A stretch of 37,055 nucleotides of DNA from Hormoscilla sp. (GTDB taxonomy: Bacteria; Cyanobacteriota; Cyanobacteriia; Cyanobacteriales; Desertifilaceae): positions 1 through 37,055 of the forward strand of contig JBFRWI010000001.1 of NCBI GenBank assembly GCA_051439505.1, written 5' to 3'. The first letter of the stretch is position 1, and every line of letters begins with the position of its first letter. The notes under the pieces were generated by a model, which was given only the letters and a program-made list of their open reading frames with translations, had not been told where the DNA came from and did no database searches. Shown here piece after piece: positions 8,109-18,115 of the stretch. A program made the translations under genes and the position numbers.

Positions 8109-8957
8109 ATGACGCAGATGAATATTGGGATTGTCGGACTGGGGTTGATTGGCGGATCTTTGGGCTTGGATTTGCGGCAGGTGGGATTTAAGGTTTTGGG
8201 AGTCAGCCGCCACCAACATACTTGCGAACTGGCGATCGCGCGCGGGGTTGCCGACGATGCTAGCGTTGCTTTCAGCCTGCTGGCCGCCGCCGATATCGTG
8301 TTTATTTGCACCCCGATCGCATCAATCGTCCCCATTGTCAAGCAAATCATTCCCCATTTATCTCCCGAGACAATTTTAACAGATGTGGGTTCGGTCAAGA
8401 CGCCAGTGGTAGAAGCAATTACCCCCATCTGGTCTAATTTTGTCGGCGGACACCCGATGGCGGGCACTACCCAAAGTGGTATAGATGCGGCACAGCGACA
8501 ATTGTTTGCTGGCAGAGCTTACGTTTTCACACCTGTGACCTCAACCCCACCGGCTGGAGTGCAAACCCTTTCAGAGATCGCCCGATCGCTCCAAGCTCAA
8601 GTTTATCACTGTAGCCCCTCAGAACACGACCGGGCCGTGGCCTTAATTTCCCACTTGCCGGTGATGGTCAGTGCCAGTTTGATTGACACCTGCATGGCCG
8701 ATCCCGAAATACTCAAGTTAGCACAACAGCTGGCCAGTTCTGGCTTTCGGGATACCAGCCGTGTGGGAGGCGGCAATCCCGAATTGGGTCTGATGATGGC
8801 ACAGTACAATCGGGAAGAATTGTTGCGATCGCTCCATAATTATCGCCATTCCCTCGACCAACTGATTTGGCACATCCAGCAGGAAGATTGGCAGGCCCTC
8901 GAACAGCTATTGCAGCAAACCCAGCTAGGGCGGTCTCAATTTACAGGTTTTCAATGA
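8109..8957 (+). CDS. tyrA: Prephenate/arogenate dehydrogenase
   Basis: IGIVGLGLIGGSLG, TDVGSVK, GGHPMAG, EHDRAVALISHLP and SGFRDTSRVGGGNPELG. Confidence 0.93.
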   Translation: MTQMNIGIVGLGLIGGSLGLDLRQVGFKVLGVSRHQHTCELAIARGVADDASVAFSLLAAADIVFICTPIASIVPIVKQIIPHLSPETILTDVGSVKTPVVEAITPIWSNFVGGHPMAGTTQSGIDAAQRQLFAGRAYVFTPVTSTPPAGVQTLSEIARSLQAQVYHCSPSEHDRAVALISHLPVMVSASLIDTCMADPEILKLAQQLASSGFRDTSRVGGGNPELGLMMAQYNREELLRSLHNYRHSLDQLIWHIQQEDWQALEQLLQQTQLGRSQFTGFQ

Positions 8958-8985
8958 TTAGCAATAATCAGCCCTTAATGCGGCT

Positions 8986-9543
8986 CTAACTTTGCTGCAA
9001 TCTATCCAGACTTTCCAGCACCTCTAGAGAGTGAATTGCGGGTTTGACATCAGTGTATCTTTCCCGCACGATGCCATCCGGGTCAATAATAAAGCTGTGG
9101 CGGAGGGAGAAGGACAACAAGATATTCCAAGAACCATAGGCTTTACTAACTTCGCCATTAGTATCAGCTAACAGGGGGAATTTCAATCCTTCATCATCGC
9201 AAAATTCTGCGTGGGAGTCCACCTCATCAACGCTAATGCCCAGGATTTCAGTATTAAGTTCGATATATTTGGGCAAATCTCTCTGAAATAGACGGGCTTC
9301 CAGGGTGCATCCAGGGGTAAAATCTTTGGGATAGAAGTAAACTACTACCCACTGACCGCGATAATCGGAAAGGGATATTTCTCCATCACCCGTGTTAGTG
9401 GGCAGGGTAAAGTCTGGTGCTGGTTGGTTAAGTTCCGGTAGTTTGCCTCCCAGGGCCAATGCTGCTGGGGTGAAGTTAAATGAGACCAGCATTGCCAGAC
9501 AGCTGGCCAGTAAAATGGAAAACAAACGACGACGAGAGGTCAT
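8986..9543 (-). CDS. Peroxiredoxin Q (BCP family) with signal peptide
   Basis: APDFTLP and YFYPKDFTPGCTLEA. The N-terminus has RRR followed by a hydrophobic stretch. Confidence 0.92.
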   Translation of the reverse strand: MTSRRRLFSILLASCLAMLVSFNFTPAALALGGKLPELNQPAPDFTLPTNTGDGEISLSDYRGQWVVVYFYPKDFTPGCTLEARLFQRDLPKYIELNTEILGISVDEVDSHAEFCDDEGLKFPLLADTNGEVSKAYGSWNILLSFSLRHSFIIDPDGIVRERYTDVKPAIHSLEVLESLDRLQQS

Positions 9544-9627
9544 ATCTGTGACATGGAATAAGTTTACTTAACATCAGTTTACCACCATATGATATTTGCT
9601 GGGATATTTTCCCCTTAGGGGGCTATT

Positions 9628-9894
9628 TCATGGTGACAAATTCTTCATCTGCCGCAGGATGGATGCCAATGGTGGCGTCCAGGTTGGATATCGCGCCCCG
9701 AAGCTATCGGCAAAGGCCCGACCTTCAGCAATGGCCACGGGAGTGAGATTGCGGCCCGAGGTGCCGTCTTCCACGACGCCAAAGTGAGATGGCACCCACC
9801 CTATCATCTGTCTTAAGTAAGATGCAGCCCGTTGAGCAGCCGCCATTCCCCCCGAACCGGCACCAATAACAAACAGGTCGCAATCAAATGCCAT
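9628..9894 (-). pseudogene. gor: Glutathione reductase remnant with a large internal deletion
   Basis: N-terminal FAD motif FDCDLFVIGAGSGGMAAAQRAASY is joined within about 20 aa to the much later motif NLTPVAIAEGRAFAD. GGAGG lies upstream. Confidence 0.8.
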
Positions 9895-9955
9895 ATGCAG
9901 CCTCCTACTTACTACGATAACTATTTTAATTCACCTACCATGCTTTTCCCCGATC

Positions 9956-12427
9956 TCAAGTCATCATCGTGCCACCCATAAGCCGCTGATACCGACGATC
10001 TAACTCAGCTTTCAACAAAGGAAAATTGTTAAGTGTCTCATCTTGAAGCATAGTCTTTTCTGCCGCATCTCTTGCCAATACTAACACATCTTCGTCTTCT
10101 ACCAAACTCGCCAAGGCAAAATCTGGTAGTCCTGATTGACGAGTTCCCAAAACTTGCCCTGGTCCCCGCAATCGCATATCCATTTCGGCAATAAAAAAGC
10201 CATCTTGGGACTGTTCCAAAACATTTAACCGCTGACGGGCATCAGATGTTTTGGAACCACTAATCAGCAAGCAATAGGATTTACAATCGCCTCGACCCAC
10301 GCGACCCCTCAGTTGGTGTAGCTGGGATAATCCAAAACGTTCGGCATTTTCGATCATCATCACCGTGGCATTGGGCACGTCTACTCCCACTTCGATCACG
10401 GTCGTGCTCACAATAATTTGAGTTTTATTATCCCGAAAATTATTAATTGCTTCTTCTTTTTCCGCCGAACTCATGCGACCGTGTAACAGACCGACATTGT
10501 CTTCGGGAAATACTGTTTTAGACAGTCGCGTATGTTCTTCTACTGCCGAACGCAAATCGAGTTTTTCCGATTCCTCAATTAAAGGGAAAACTATATAAAC
10601 TTGGCGACCTTGAGCTATTTCCTGGCGCATCAAGTTATAAGCTTTTTTCCGTTGTCTGCTACTTAACACTGTTGTCTGAATGGGTTTTCTTCCTGGGGGA
10701 AGTTCGTCAATTTGACTCACGTCTAAATCCCCATGAATGGTCAGGGCCATGGTACGAGGAATTGGGGTTGCGGTCATGGTTAGGACATGGGGGGCGTCAC
10801 CTTTTTGCAGCAACAATGCCCTTTGTCCGACTCCAAAACGGTGCTGTTCGTCTATTACCACTAAACCTAAGCGGTGAAAGTTGACTGTGTCTTGAATTAA
10901 GGCATGAGTGCCAACTAATAGCGGCAGTTTTCCTGTCTCCAATTGAGCGTGAATTTCTCTACGTTTAGCAGTTTTGGTTGAACCTGTCAGCAATTCAACT
11001 GGTAATTTCAGGAGATTAAACCAACCTAATAATTTGCGATAATGCTGTTCTGCTAGCACTTCTGTGGGTGCCATTAATGCTGCTTGATAGCCTGATTGAA
11101 TCGCAGCTAGGATTGCTATTACTGCTACTACCGTTTTACCAGCCCCGACATCTCCTTGCACCAAGCGATTCATGGGTGTGGTTGATTTCAAGTCATTCAG
11201 GATTTCGTCAATTACCCGATTTTGAGCACCAGTTAGCTGAAAAGGCAGCACTTTGTAAAATTTTTCGATCAGTTTTCCTTTGTCAGGACTTTTAATTTTC
11301 ATCCCGCTTTTTTCATGTTTTTGCTGATAGCGACGCTGGATAAATCCGAGTTGCAGGTAGAAAAATTCATCGAAAATTAATCGGCGGCGGGCTGTTCTTA
11401 AAACTTCCTCATCATCGGGAAAGTGAATCGACGCGATCGCTTCTTTTAATGCCACTAAATCATACTGTTTTTGCAGAGGAGATGGCAGGGGGTCTTTCAG
11501 GTTTTGGGCAGCGGGTAATGCTGTCATTACCGCATTTCTGACTACAGTGGCTGTCACTCCTTCTGTTAAGGCATAAACTGGGAACAACCGCCCCACATTT
11601 AGTGATTCGATCGCATTGTCGTTCTCCTCTTCTAAAACTTCTAATTCTGGCTTATCTAGGGTGAGACCATATTTATTTTTCTTCACCAAACCAGAAGCAG
11701 CCACCAAAGCCCCGACCGGATAGGAACGCTTAGTTTTTTCTTGCCAGGATTTGGTACTGAAGTAACTACCTGCAAAAAAGCGGGACACTTTAATTTGTCC
11801 CGTGCTATCTTTCATCAACAAATCCAGGATCGTTAATTTCTTGTTACGGGCCGAACTAAAGCATTTGACTCGCTTCACTTCTCCCACTATGGTCACCGTT
11901 TCCCCTGGTTGCAATTGCTCGATCGGCACCTGACGAGCATAATTAATATAGTCACGGGGGTAGTAAAAAAGCAGATCCTGGACCGTCAACAAATCCAGCA
12001 GTCCCAACAGCTGACCATTTCTGAATCCCACCCCTTTGAGCTTGACTAGAGGTTGGTCTAAACTTACAGTCTCAGCTGATGCTACGACGTTTTTGATTCC
12101 ACAAACCTCAATTTGACTCTGTTCTCCGGACGAAGTTTTCCCCTTCGATCCATTTTCCCAGGCTTGCTGACAGCTATGGATATACTGACGTGCTTGTTTT
12201 ACTAATTCCTCTCGGAGAGTAAAACTGAGGTCAGGATAGCTAGCAAATTTCTGAGAAAATTTCTGCCACTGACATCGATCGGCTGGGGTTAGGTCCGCAG
12301 GTGGCTGGCTAAACTGGTCTTGGAGAAACTGGCTAAAGGGTTGCTTGCCGACGATGTTGCTAAAGTTATGTTTTTCTTCTACAGCCAAGGCTTTCTTTAA
12401 TCTCTCCCAATCTGGTGCTTCTATCAT
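9956..12427 (-). CDS. recG: ATP-dependent DNA helicase RecG
   Basis: MNRLVQGDVGAGKT, DEQHRFG, TATPIPRT, QLHQLRGRVGRG and cyanobacterial N-terminal extension. Confidence 0.97.
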   Translation of the reverse strand: MIEAPDWERLKKALAVEEKHNFSNIVGKQPFSQFLQDQFSQPPADLTPADRCQWQKFSQKFASYPDLSFTLREELVKQARQYIHSCQQAWENGSKGKTSSGEQSQIEVCGIKNVVASAETVSLDQPLVKLKGVGFRNGQLLGLLDLLTVQDLLFYYPRDYINYARQVPIEQLQPGETVTIVGEVKRVKCFSSARNKKLTILDLLMKDSTGQIKVSRFFAGSYFSTKSWQEKTKRSYPVGALVAASGLVKKNKYGLTLDKPELEVLEEENDNAIESLNVGRLFPVYALTEGVTATVVRNAVMTALPAAQNLKDPLPSPLQKQYDLVALKEAIASIHFPDDEEVLRTARRRLIFDEFFYLQLGFIQRRYQQKHEKSGMKIKSPDKGKLIEKFYKVLPFQLTGAQNRVIDEILNDLKSTTPMNRLVQGDVGAGKTVVAVIAILAAIQSGYQAALMAPTEVLAEQHYRKLLGWFNLLKLPVELLTGSTKTAKRREIHAQLETGKLPLLVGTHALIQDTVNFHRLGLVVIDEQHRFGVGQRALLLQKGDAPHVLTMTATPIPRTMALTIHGDLDVSQIDELPPGRKPIQTTVLSSRQRKKAYNLMRQEIAQGRQVYIVFPLIEESEKLDLRSAVEEHTRLSKTVFPEDNVGLLHGRMSSAEKEEAINNFRDNKTQIIVSTTVIEVGVDVPNATVMMIENAERFGLSQLHQLRGRVGRGDCKSYCLLISGSKTSDARQRLNVLEQSQDGFFIAEMDMRLRGPGQVLGTRQSGLPDFALASLVEDEDVLVLARDAAEKTMLQDETLNNFPLLKAELDRRYQRLMGGTMMT

Positions 12428-12630
12428 TTTTTAAAACTCTCTCTTGAGATCTTGTCTGCTTGCATACCTATCTTACCGCTTGAGGCGGTAAATGGCAAGT
12501 TTTCAATTGCCATTTTTCCTCTAATTATGCTTTCCCATTTCCTCCCTCAAAATATTATATCCATCATCTTCTCTATTTATTACGCCATTGCTATTTACTA
12601 ATTTTCCGGTAGGTTTCTGCTGTCATGATA

Positions 12631-13545
12631 TCATTCATCGAACCAGCTAGAACGCCATGCGGCTTCTGCCAGGGCAACAGATTGTTCCCGTTGTTTCTTC
12701 TGATACTTGCGCCCTAGGGTTTGTAATTTCGTCTTGAGGTTACGAATTTTCTGACGCCAAGAACTCACCGTCGAGTCGGCAAATTCTAGTTCCGATAGCC
12801 GCAAATGAATTTCCATGATCCCGATGGGCATCCGCAGCTTCCCCGTCGAGGTCGAGGCGGGGTATTCAGCAGATCCTTCTTCTTTTTTCCCAGAACCTTC
12901 AGCTTCTATTAACATATTAATAATGTTGGGCGGTCCAGCGGGGACATTTTCCGAGGCATTAGCAGCAGACTTAGCTGCTTCTATAATCGATTCTGGTAAC
13001 TGATGGTTAGGGAGAATGTTTCCTTGCTTGAGTAACAGGTTAGTCTGACGAGAAACTGTATCTAATGTCGAGGCGATCGCTTTTTCCAATTTCTCCTGCC
13101 ATCGGGCTAATTCTACTGGAGTTAGTGGTTGGTTTTCCGAGGGCTTTTCGGACTGGGGCAATACCTGGGATTCGTCGCTTAAAATATTTTCGGAGGGTTT
13201 ATTTAACAAGCCAGGTAAAAACGTCTCCACCTTAGTTTCCTTTTGCTTCTCATGTGCTGGTTGCCCAGGAGTATGTAATTGAGCCAGCAACTGTGGCAGT
13301 GCCTGGGAAGCCACTTGTATGATAGCTTGCTGCAACTTTTGTCTGCTATTTAAACTCAAACGCAGAAACCGCTCTGGATACCCATGAGTGCAGATCTGAT
13401 AGCTTGCCATAATTAGTCCCTGCCGCACTACCTGTCCCAGAGATTGGAGATATTCTGAGTAGGTTTGGTGGAATTCTGCCGCTAATGCTTCGATCTCTTT
13501 TTCCAATGCTCCTAGTTCCTGAGCTATCTGCTCCGCTCTATCCAT
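12631..13545 (-). CDS. Conserved cyanobacterial hypothetical protein (tsf-recG neighbour)
   Basis: ASYQICTHGYPERFL, LRLSELEFAD and C-terminal EAAWRSSWFDE. Confidence 0.75.
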   Translation of the reverse strand: MDRAEQIAQELGALEKEIEALAAEFHQTYSEYLQSLGQVVRQGLIMASYQICTHGYPERFLRLSLNSRQKLQQAIIQVASQALPQLLAQLHTPGQPAHEKQKETKVETFLPGLLNKPSENILSDESQVLPQSEKPSENQPLTPVELARWQEKLEKAIASTLDTVSRQTNLLLKQGNILPNHQLPESIIEAAKSAANASENVPAGPPNIINMLIEAEGSGKKEEGSAEYPASTSTGKLRMPIGIMEIHLRLSELEFADSTVSSWRQKIRNLKTKLQTLGRKYQKKQREQSVALAEAAWRSSWFDE

Positions 13546-13767
13546 AAGCTCATGTCAATAATTACTATCACAGATGTACAATAATCTTTAATGATTATCG
13601 ATACTGTCCGATTTCTGCTATCAACTATCTACCTGATGACCGACAAACATGTAGTTTTTTACCTTCTTTGTTCTCCAACCTCTTCGACCTTAACAGCAGC
13701 TATAGGTTGGGTAAGGAACCTCAACCCAACCTACAACTCAAGCATCCTCTGCCTGTCCTAGGACTGT

Positions 13768-14424
13768 TTATTTGCCCATCTGAGCTGCTACTTCGGATGC
13801 AAAATCCTGGGCTTCCTTTTCTATTCCTTCACCCAGCACAAACCGAGTAAAGCGACGCACCTTGATGTTTTCACCCAGCTGGGCAATGCTTTGCTTTATC
13901 AACTCTGACACTGTGATATTTTGATCTTTAATGTAGGGCTGATCCAGCAAGCACATCTCTTTCAATCGCTTCTCTACCCGACCTTGAACAATCTTTTCTT
14001 TGATGTTGTCCGGCTTTTTGGCCAGGTCTTCTCGTCCCATTTCGATTTCCTTTTCTTTGGAGCCTATTTCCTCGGGAATATCTTCGACACTTACGTATTC
14101 CACGTTAGGACAAGCTGCAATTTGCATCGCAATGTTCCGCACCAGAGATTGAAACTCTTCGCGACGGGCGACAAAATCTGTTTCGCAGTTGACTTCCACC
14201 AGGACGCCTATTCTTCCTCCCGTGTGGATGTAGCTATCTACTAGCCCTTCTGCTGCTACCCGCCCTGCTTTTTTACCAGCCGAGGCAAGACCTTTTTGCC
14301 TCAGCCATTCCATGGCTTTTGTCTGATCTCCATCTGTTTCCTTGAGGGCCTTTTTGCAATCCATCATGCCAGCGCCCGTTCTTTCTCGTAACTCTTTGAC
14401 GAGTTTTGCTGATATTTCCGCCAT
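13768..14424 (-). CDS. tsf: Elongation factor Ts (short cyanobacterial type)
   Basis: [24 protein letters not shown] and [11 protein letters not shown]. Confidence 0.98.
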   Translation of the reverse strand: MAEISAKLVKELRERTGAGMMDCKKALKETDGDQTKAMEWLRQKGLASAGKKAGRVAAEGLVDSYIHTGGRIGVLVEVNCETDFVARREEFQSLVRNIAMQIAACPNVEYVSVEDIPEEIGSKEKEIEMGREDLAKKPDNIKEKIVQGRVEKRLKEMCLLDQPYIKDQNITVSELIKQSIAQLGENIKVRRFTRFVLGEGIEKEAQDFASEVAAQMGK

Positions 14425-14442
14425 TTTGCTTTTGTACCCTTG

Positions 14443-15234
14443 CTATTCTGCTGTTTCTTCGGAATCAGAGTATTCCGACATATCGACATCGTCGTAGTCG
14501 TACTCCTCTTCTGCCTCTACGAACTCTTCGTAATCCTCTTCCACATACACTTGACCGTGACGCCCTTCATAGATGGCATCTGCCAACTTACCCACGATTA
14601 GTTTAATCGATCGGATGGCATCGTCATTGGCGGGGATGGGAATATCCACCCTGTTGGGGTCGCAGTTCGTGTCTAGCAGGGCGACGATCGGGATTTTCAG
14701 CTTTTCGCATTCCTGAACGGCATTGTACTCCCGTCGCTGGTCTACTATCACCACGATGTCGGGAACTTTCCGCATCATTTTAATGCCGCCCAGGTATTTC
14801 TGGAGCCTTTCCATTTCCCGGCGCAGCATGGAGCCTTCTTTTTTGGGGCGCAGGGCGAGTCCGCCACTTTCCTCTAGCCGCTCTAATTCTTTGAGCCGCT
14901 CTACCCGGTTTTTGATTGTCGTCCAATTGGTCAGCATTCCCCCCAACCAGCGCTGGTTTATGAAATAAGCCCCACAACGGGTGGCTTCTTGGGCGATAAT
15001 TCCAGCTGCTTGACGCTTGGTGCCGACGAATAGCACTTTTTTTCCCTGTTCTGAGGCCGCGCGCATGTATTCATAGGCTCGCTCCATGAGCTGGGCTGTC
15101 TGCACCAAGTCTATGATGTGGACGCCGTTGCGGGCCGTGAAGATGTATTGATCCATCCGGGGGTTCCACCGACGGGTTTGGTGTCCGAAGTGGACTCCCG
15201 ACTCTAGTAATTCTGCTAATGAGACAACTGGCAT
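14443..15234 (-). CDS. rpsB: 30S ribosomal protein S2
   Basis: [34 protein letters not shown] and [10 protein letters not shown]. Confidence 0.98.
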   Translation of the reverse strand: MPVVSLAELLESGVHFGHQTRRWNPRMDQYIFTARNGVHIIDLVQTAQLMERAYEYMRAASEQGKKVLFVGTKRQAAGIIAQEATRCGAYFINQRWLGGMLTNWTTIKNRVERLKELERLEESGGLALRPKKEGSMLRREMERLQKYLGGIKMMRKVPDIVVIVDQRREYNAVQECEKLKIPIVALLDTNCDPNRVDIPIPANDDAIRSIKLIVGKLADAIYEGRHGQVYVEEDYEEFVEAEEEYDYDDVDMSEYSDSEETAE

Positions 15235-15315
15235 AGATTTCGATCTCTCCTTTCGGGTTTAGCCTCCATCCAGGTGCATTTCCAGTGGAAACACCCGAAA
15301 TCCTGGATGTGTGAG
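15235..15315 (-). promoter_or_regulatory. rpsB (S2) leader, probable autoregulatory structured 5'UTR
   Basis: Minus strand reads CACACATCCAGG...GGGTG...CACCTGGATGGAGGC...CCGAAAGGAG, forming a long stem with the GGUG and GGAGG elements typical of S2 leaders. Confidence 0.65.
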
Positions 15316-15657
15316 TTTGACAACTTCCCTAGATTAGCACAGAGATCGATCTTTCGCTCAACTAGATGAAATTTATTTTTTTTCGCATTATACCATATTT
15401 TCTCTCTCTGTCAACCAGTTTATGGGCGATCGCCTGTTTGATTTTGCCGGCCTTGGTTCATTGGTTCCGATGATTGAATTATGTTTGTACTACATTTGTA
15501 TAGATAAGGCATTTACTCCCAAGGGGATAGTCCCAGGAGATGGATGTGACGTTTGTTGCCAGCCAAAACTGGCCCTTATGCTCGAACAAGGAGATGTAAA
15601 TCGCTAATGCGATCGGCTTGCGTTTGTGGCAGGATAAGCTATATTGGAATTGCCTGA

Positions 15658-15731
15658 CTTCGCTGTTAGCCCGCCGGGGGTATCCCACCCCCGGCTAATA
15701 GCTAAAGTCGGTTGAAACCGACTAATACCAT
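15658..15731. repeat. Dispersed double-hairpin repeat (CCGCCGGGGG...CCCCCGGC / AGTCGGTT.AAACCGACT)
   Basis: Near-identical copies at 21264-21365 (inverted) and 22651-22705. Confidence 0.8.
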
Positions 15732-15798
15732 AATACCATAATGCTTAAAATACCTGTAGTTATCTACATGAAAACATTCATAGCTTGAGGTAGTTGTT

Positions 15799-16227
15799 AT
15801 GGAAGAATTGTTGGCACTCAAAGATTTACTGCTAAAAGGCGATCTACCAGGTTCTTTAGCCATTGTCGAAGAACTTGAAGAAATGAGCAAAAAGGATATC
15901 ATTAACAATATTCGTCGTTTTGCCGTTATTCTACTGCTGCATCTGATTAAGCAGCAAGTTGAAAATCGCTCTACCGGTTCTGGGGAGGTTTTCATTCGCA
16001 ATTCGGTTCTAGAAATTCAGGAGTTAAATCGGCGCCCTCAATCTAAGGGTTTTTACTTGGATTCAGAAGATTTGCGTCTCACTTTAGAAAAAGCTTTTCG
16101 ACAAGCTATTAACAAGGCTTCCTTAGAAATAGATGCAGAACGCTACGAGGTTAGGGTTTTAGAACAAATGGTCGATCGGGAGGAAATTCTCGATCGGGCT
16201 TTGGCATTGATTTTACAGTCTGAGTGA
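15799..16227 (+). CDS. DUF29 family protein
   Basis: MEELLALKDLLLKGD...EELEEMSKKDIINNI...ILLLHLIKQQVE. Confidence 0.8.
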   Translation: MEELLALKDLLLKGDLPGSLAIVEELEEMSKKDIINNIRRFAVILLLHLIKQQVENRSTGSGEVFIRNSVLEIQELNRRPQSKGFYLDSEDLRLTLEKAFRQAINKASLEIDAERYEVRVLEQMVDREEILDRALALILQSE

Positions 16228-16317
16228 GTCTGAGTCCATACATTTAATCAGCGGGGTTGAATTAAAAAGGAGCTTCGCGAACCGGCTATTCTCGATTGTG
16301 TCTGGGTTTAATCCCAT

Positions 16318-16977
16318 TTACCGTAATTTAGCAGCCCACCATTCTACCTTTTCTTGCTGTTCATCTCTATGTTTAACCTGATGTTTTTCCTGATGAACTT
16401 TTTCGGAGTAGCACCGAAGTTCATCAAAAATTTTCCACTGTAGTAAGGTATTAACCCAAGTAATTACCTTGACTTTTTCAGAATCATAATTATCAACTTT
16501 GTGGCAGACATAGAATAAAGTTTCCTCCAGAGCCTTGTTGTAGACATCAGGAGGAAATTTAGACGGATCCATACCGTAGAGCTTACTGGATTCTTTGATA
16601 GCACGAATCAACTGGGTTAGAGCTATCCGGCGCTTATTGCTTTGGCGTGGATGCTGTTGAGCTTTTAGGGCTAGATATTCAAGGGTTGGTTGAGTTTTTT
16701 TCACTTGGCTATCCAGTAGCAAATCGCTGATTTCGTCCGATTTGGTAGCAGACCAAAGCATGTTAGGTTTAGTCAACCGCTTATGTTCGCTCCAAGCAAC
16801 AAAGGCAACTCCCCCAACAAAACTCAACGCCACGGTATAGCCTGGTGGTTTACCGCCAGTTAGCAGCAGCATCACCAGAAAACTGGCACCAACCTGAGCC
16901 GTTTGCTTGACCAAAGAACTTAATCCTGCCTTGGCTTCCTCGTAAAGACTAATTGTTTCACTGTTTACTCTTGTCAT
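16318..16977 (-). CDS. Membrane-anchored protein with a truncated sigma-70-like (region 2) domain
   Basis: Two hydrophobic segments precede LALKAQQHPRQSNKRRIALTQLIRAI...YNKALEETLFYVCHKVDNYD...VITWVN, a pattern recalled from cyanobacterial sigma-like proteins. No region-4 HTH. Confidence 0.5.
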   Translation of the reverse strand: MTRVNSETISLYEEAKAGLSSLVKQTAQVGASFLVMLLLTGGKPPGYTVALSFVGGVAFVAWSEHKRLTKPNMLWSATKSDEISDLLLDSQVKKTQPTLEYLALKAQQHPRQSNKRRIALTQLIRAIKESSKLYGMDPSKFPPDVYNKALEETLFYVCHKVDNYDSEKVKVITWVNTLLQWKIFDELRCYSEKVHQEKHQVKHRDEQQEKVEWWAAKLR

Positions 16978-16989
16978 ATCCCGTTTATC

Positions 16990-17412
16990 CTATGAGTCGA
17001 TCAAATCTTTGAGGTTTTTCCAGAAACGGATAATAATTCGACCAGCTATAACGATCCAAAGCAAAAATTTAGATGTAACGATGATGTAACAAGCATAACG
17101 GGACGCGCCCAAGGCATTTTCCAGGAGACATATATCATAACTGGAGAAATTTTTTCCTAAAATTAACTCACCGATGAAACCAGGTATTGTCAGGAGAATG
17201 CTGAGGGCGATCGCATCCTGAATTGACCCGTAAACTGTTCTCCCCAGCTTACCCATCACCGCCCACAATAGCTGATCCACTACCTCTAAAATGTTGCTCA
17301 GCACCTTTTTTGTCAACAGACCCAACCGCGTAGTTGCTGGGGGAGATTGCTGTACGGGGGGTGGACTTGACTGGAGTCCTGTTTGCTGAGGGTTTGGCGG
17401 TGGCTGAGTCAT
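16990..17412 (-). CDS. Hypothetical membrane protein
   Basis: Pro/Gln-rich N-terminus and hydrophobic helices. Ends 12 nt before the next gene, suggesting an operon. Confidence 0.6.
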   Translation of the reverse strand: MTQPPPNPQQTGLQSSPPPVQQSPPATTRLGLLTKKVLSNILEVVDQLLWAVMGKLGRTVYGSIQDAIALSILLTIPGFIGELILGKNFSSYDICLLENALGASRYACYIIVTSKFLLWIVIAGRIIIRFWKNLKDLIDS

Positions 17413-17502
17413 TTGGGCATGATGGTGATGTTGATGTCCTTCGATTCTACTATTATAGTCCGCCCAGACCGAATTGTGTGTGGACGTGGAATTTCAATCC
17501 CC

Positions 17503-18084
17503 TTATATCTCCCCTGGAAATATTTTCCCTAAATTTAGAGCCCGATCAGGGAAACCGGGGATAGCAATAGCTGCATCGGGCAAAAAAATCCCCTTGCTAG
17601 CATAGCCAAACTTGCCCTGCAAATCTCGATAGGGTTCGCTGTATGCTTCCAGTTGCTGGTCTTGCAAGTTGAATATCCAGTAATCTGTAATCCCATCTTC
17701 CGCATAGATGGATAACTTCCTGTTGCGATCGTAACTCAATGTCGTATCTGCAATTTCCACCACCAAGAAGATATCCGCCGGTTCGGGATGACTCGATAAA
17801 TACTCGTCTGGGCGATCGCGTGCTATTACCACATCGGGCTGAGGTTCGCTATCAGCAGATAATATAATTGGTTCTCCTGCCCGCACAATGGCCCGATCGC
17901 CCACTAGCTGGAATAACTCCTTCCACAAACGGGTATTGCAGACTGAATGGGGTGGTTGCTTCCTTGGCATCTGGATAATTTCGCCCCGCATCAATTCTAA
18001 GCGATCGTCCGCAGCAAAGAATCCCAAATCCCCCATGCGGTGATATTCTTCTCTGGTAAAATATTTGCGAGTTACAGCCGTCAT
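17503..18084 (-). CDS. Uma2 family (DUF820) endonuclease-like protein
   Basis: FTREEYHRM, RLELMRGEI, SEPQPDVVI, LVVEIADTTLSYDR and YAEDGITDYWI. Confidence 0.9.
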   Translation of the reverse strand: MTAVTRKYFTREEYHRMGDLGFFAADDRLELMRGEIIQMPRKQPPHSVCNTRLWKELFQLVGDRAIVRAGEPIILSADSEPQPDVVIARDRPDEYLSSHPEPADIFLVVEIADTTLSYDRNRKLSIYAEDGITDYWIFNLQDQQLEAYSEPYRDLQGKFGYASKGIFLPDAAIAIPGFPDRALNLGKIFPGEI

Positions 18085-18115
18085 CTTAATACCTTGCCAA
18101 TGTTATTCTATCATT

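Noticed and set aside
15420..15657. Short ORFs upstream of rpsB
   Set aside because: No recognizable homology or RBS; possibly a remnant but unsupported.
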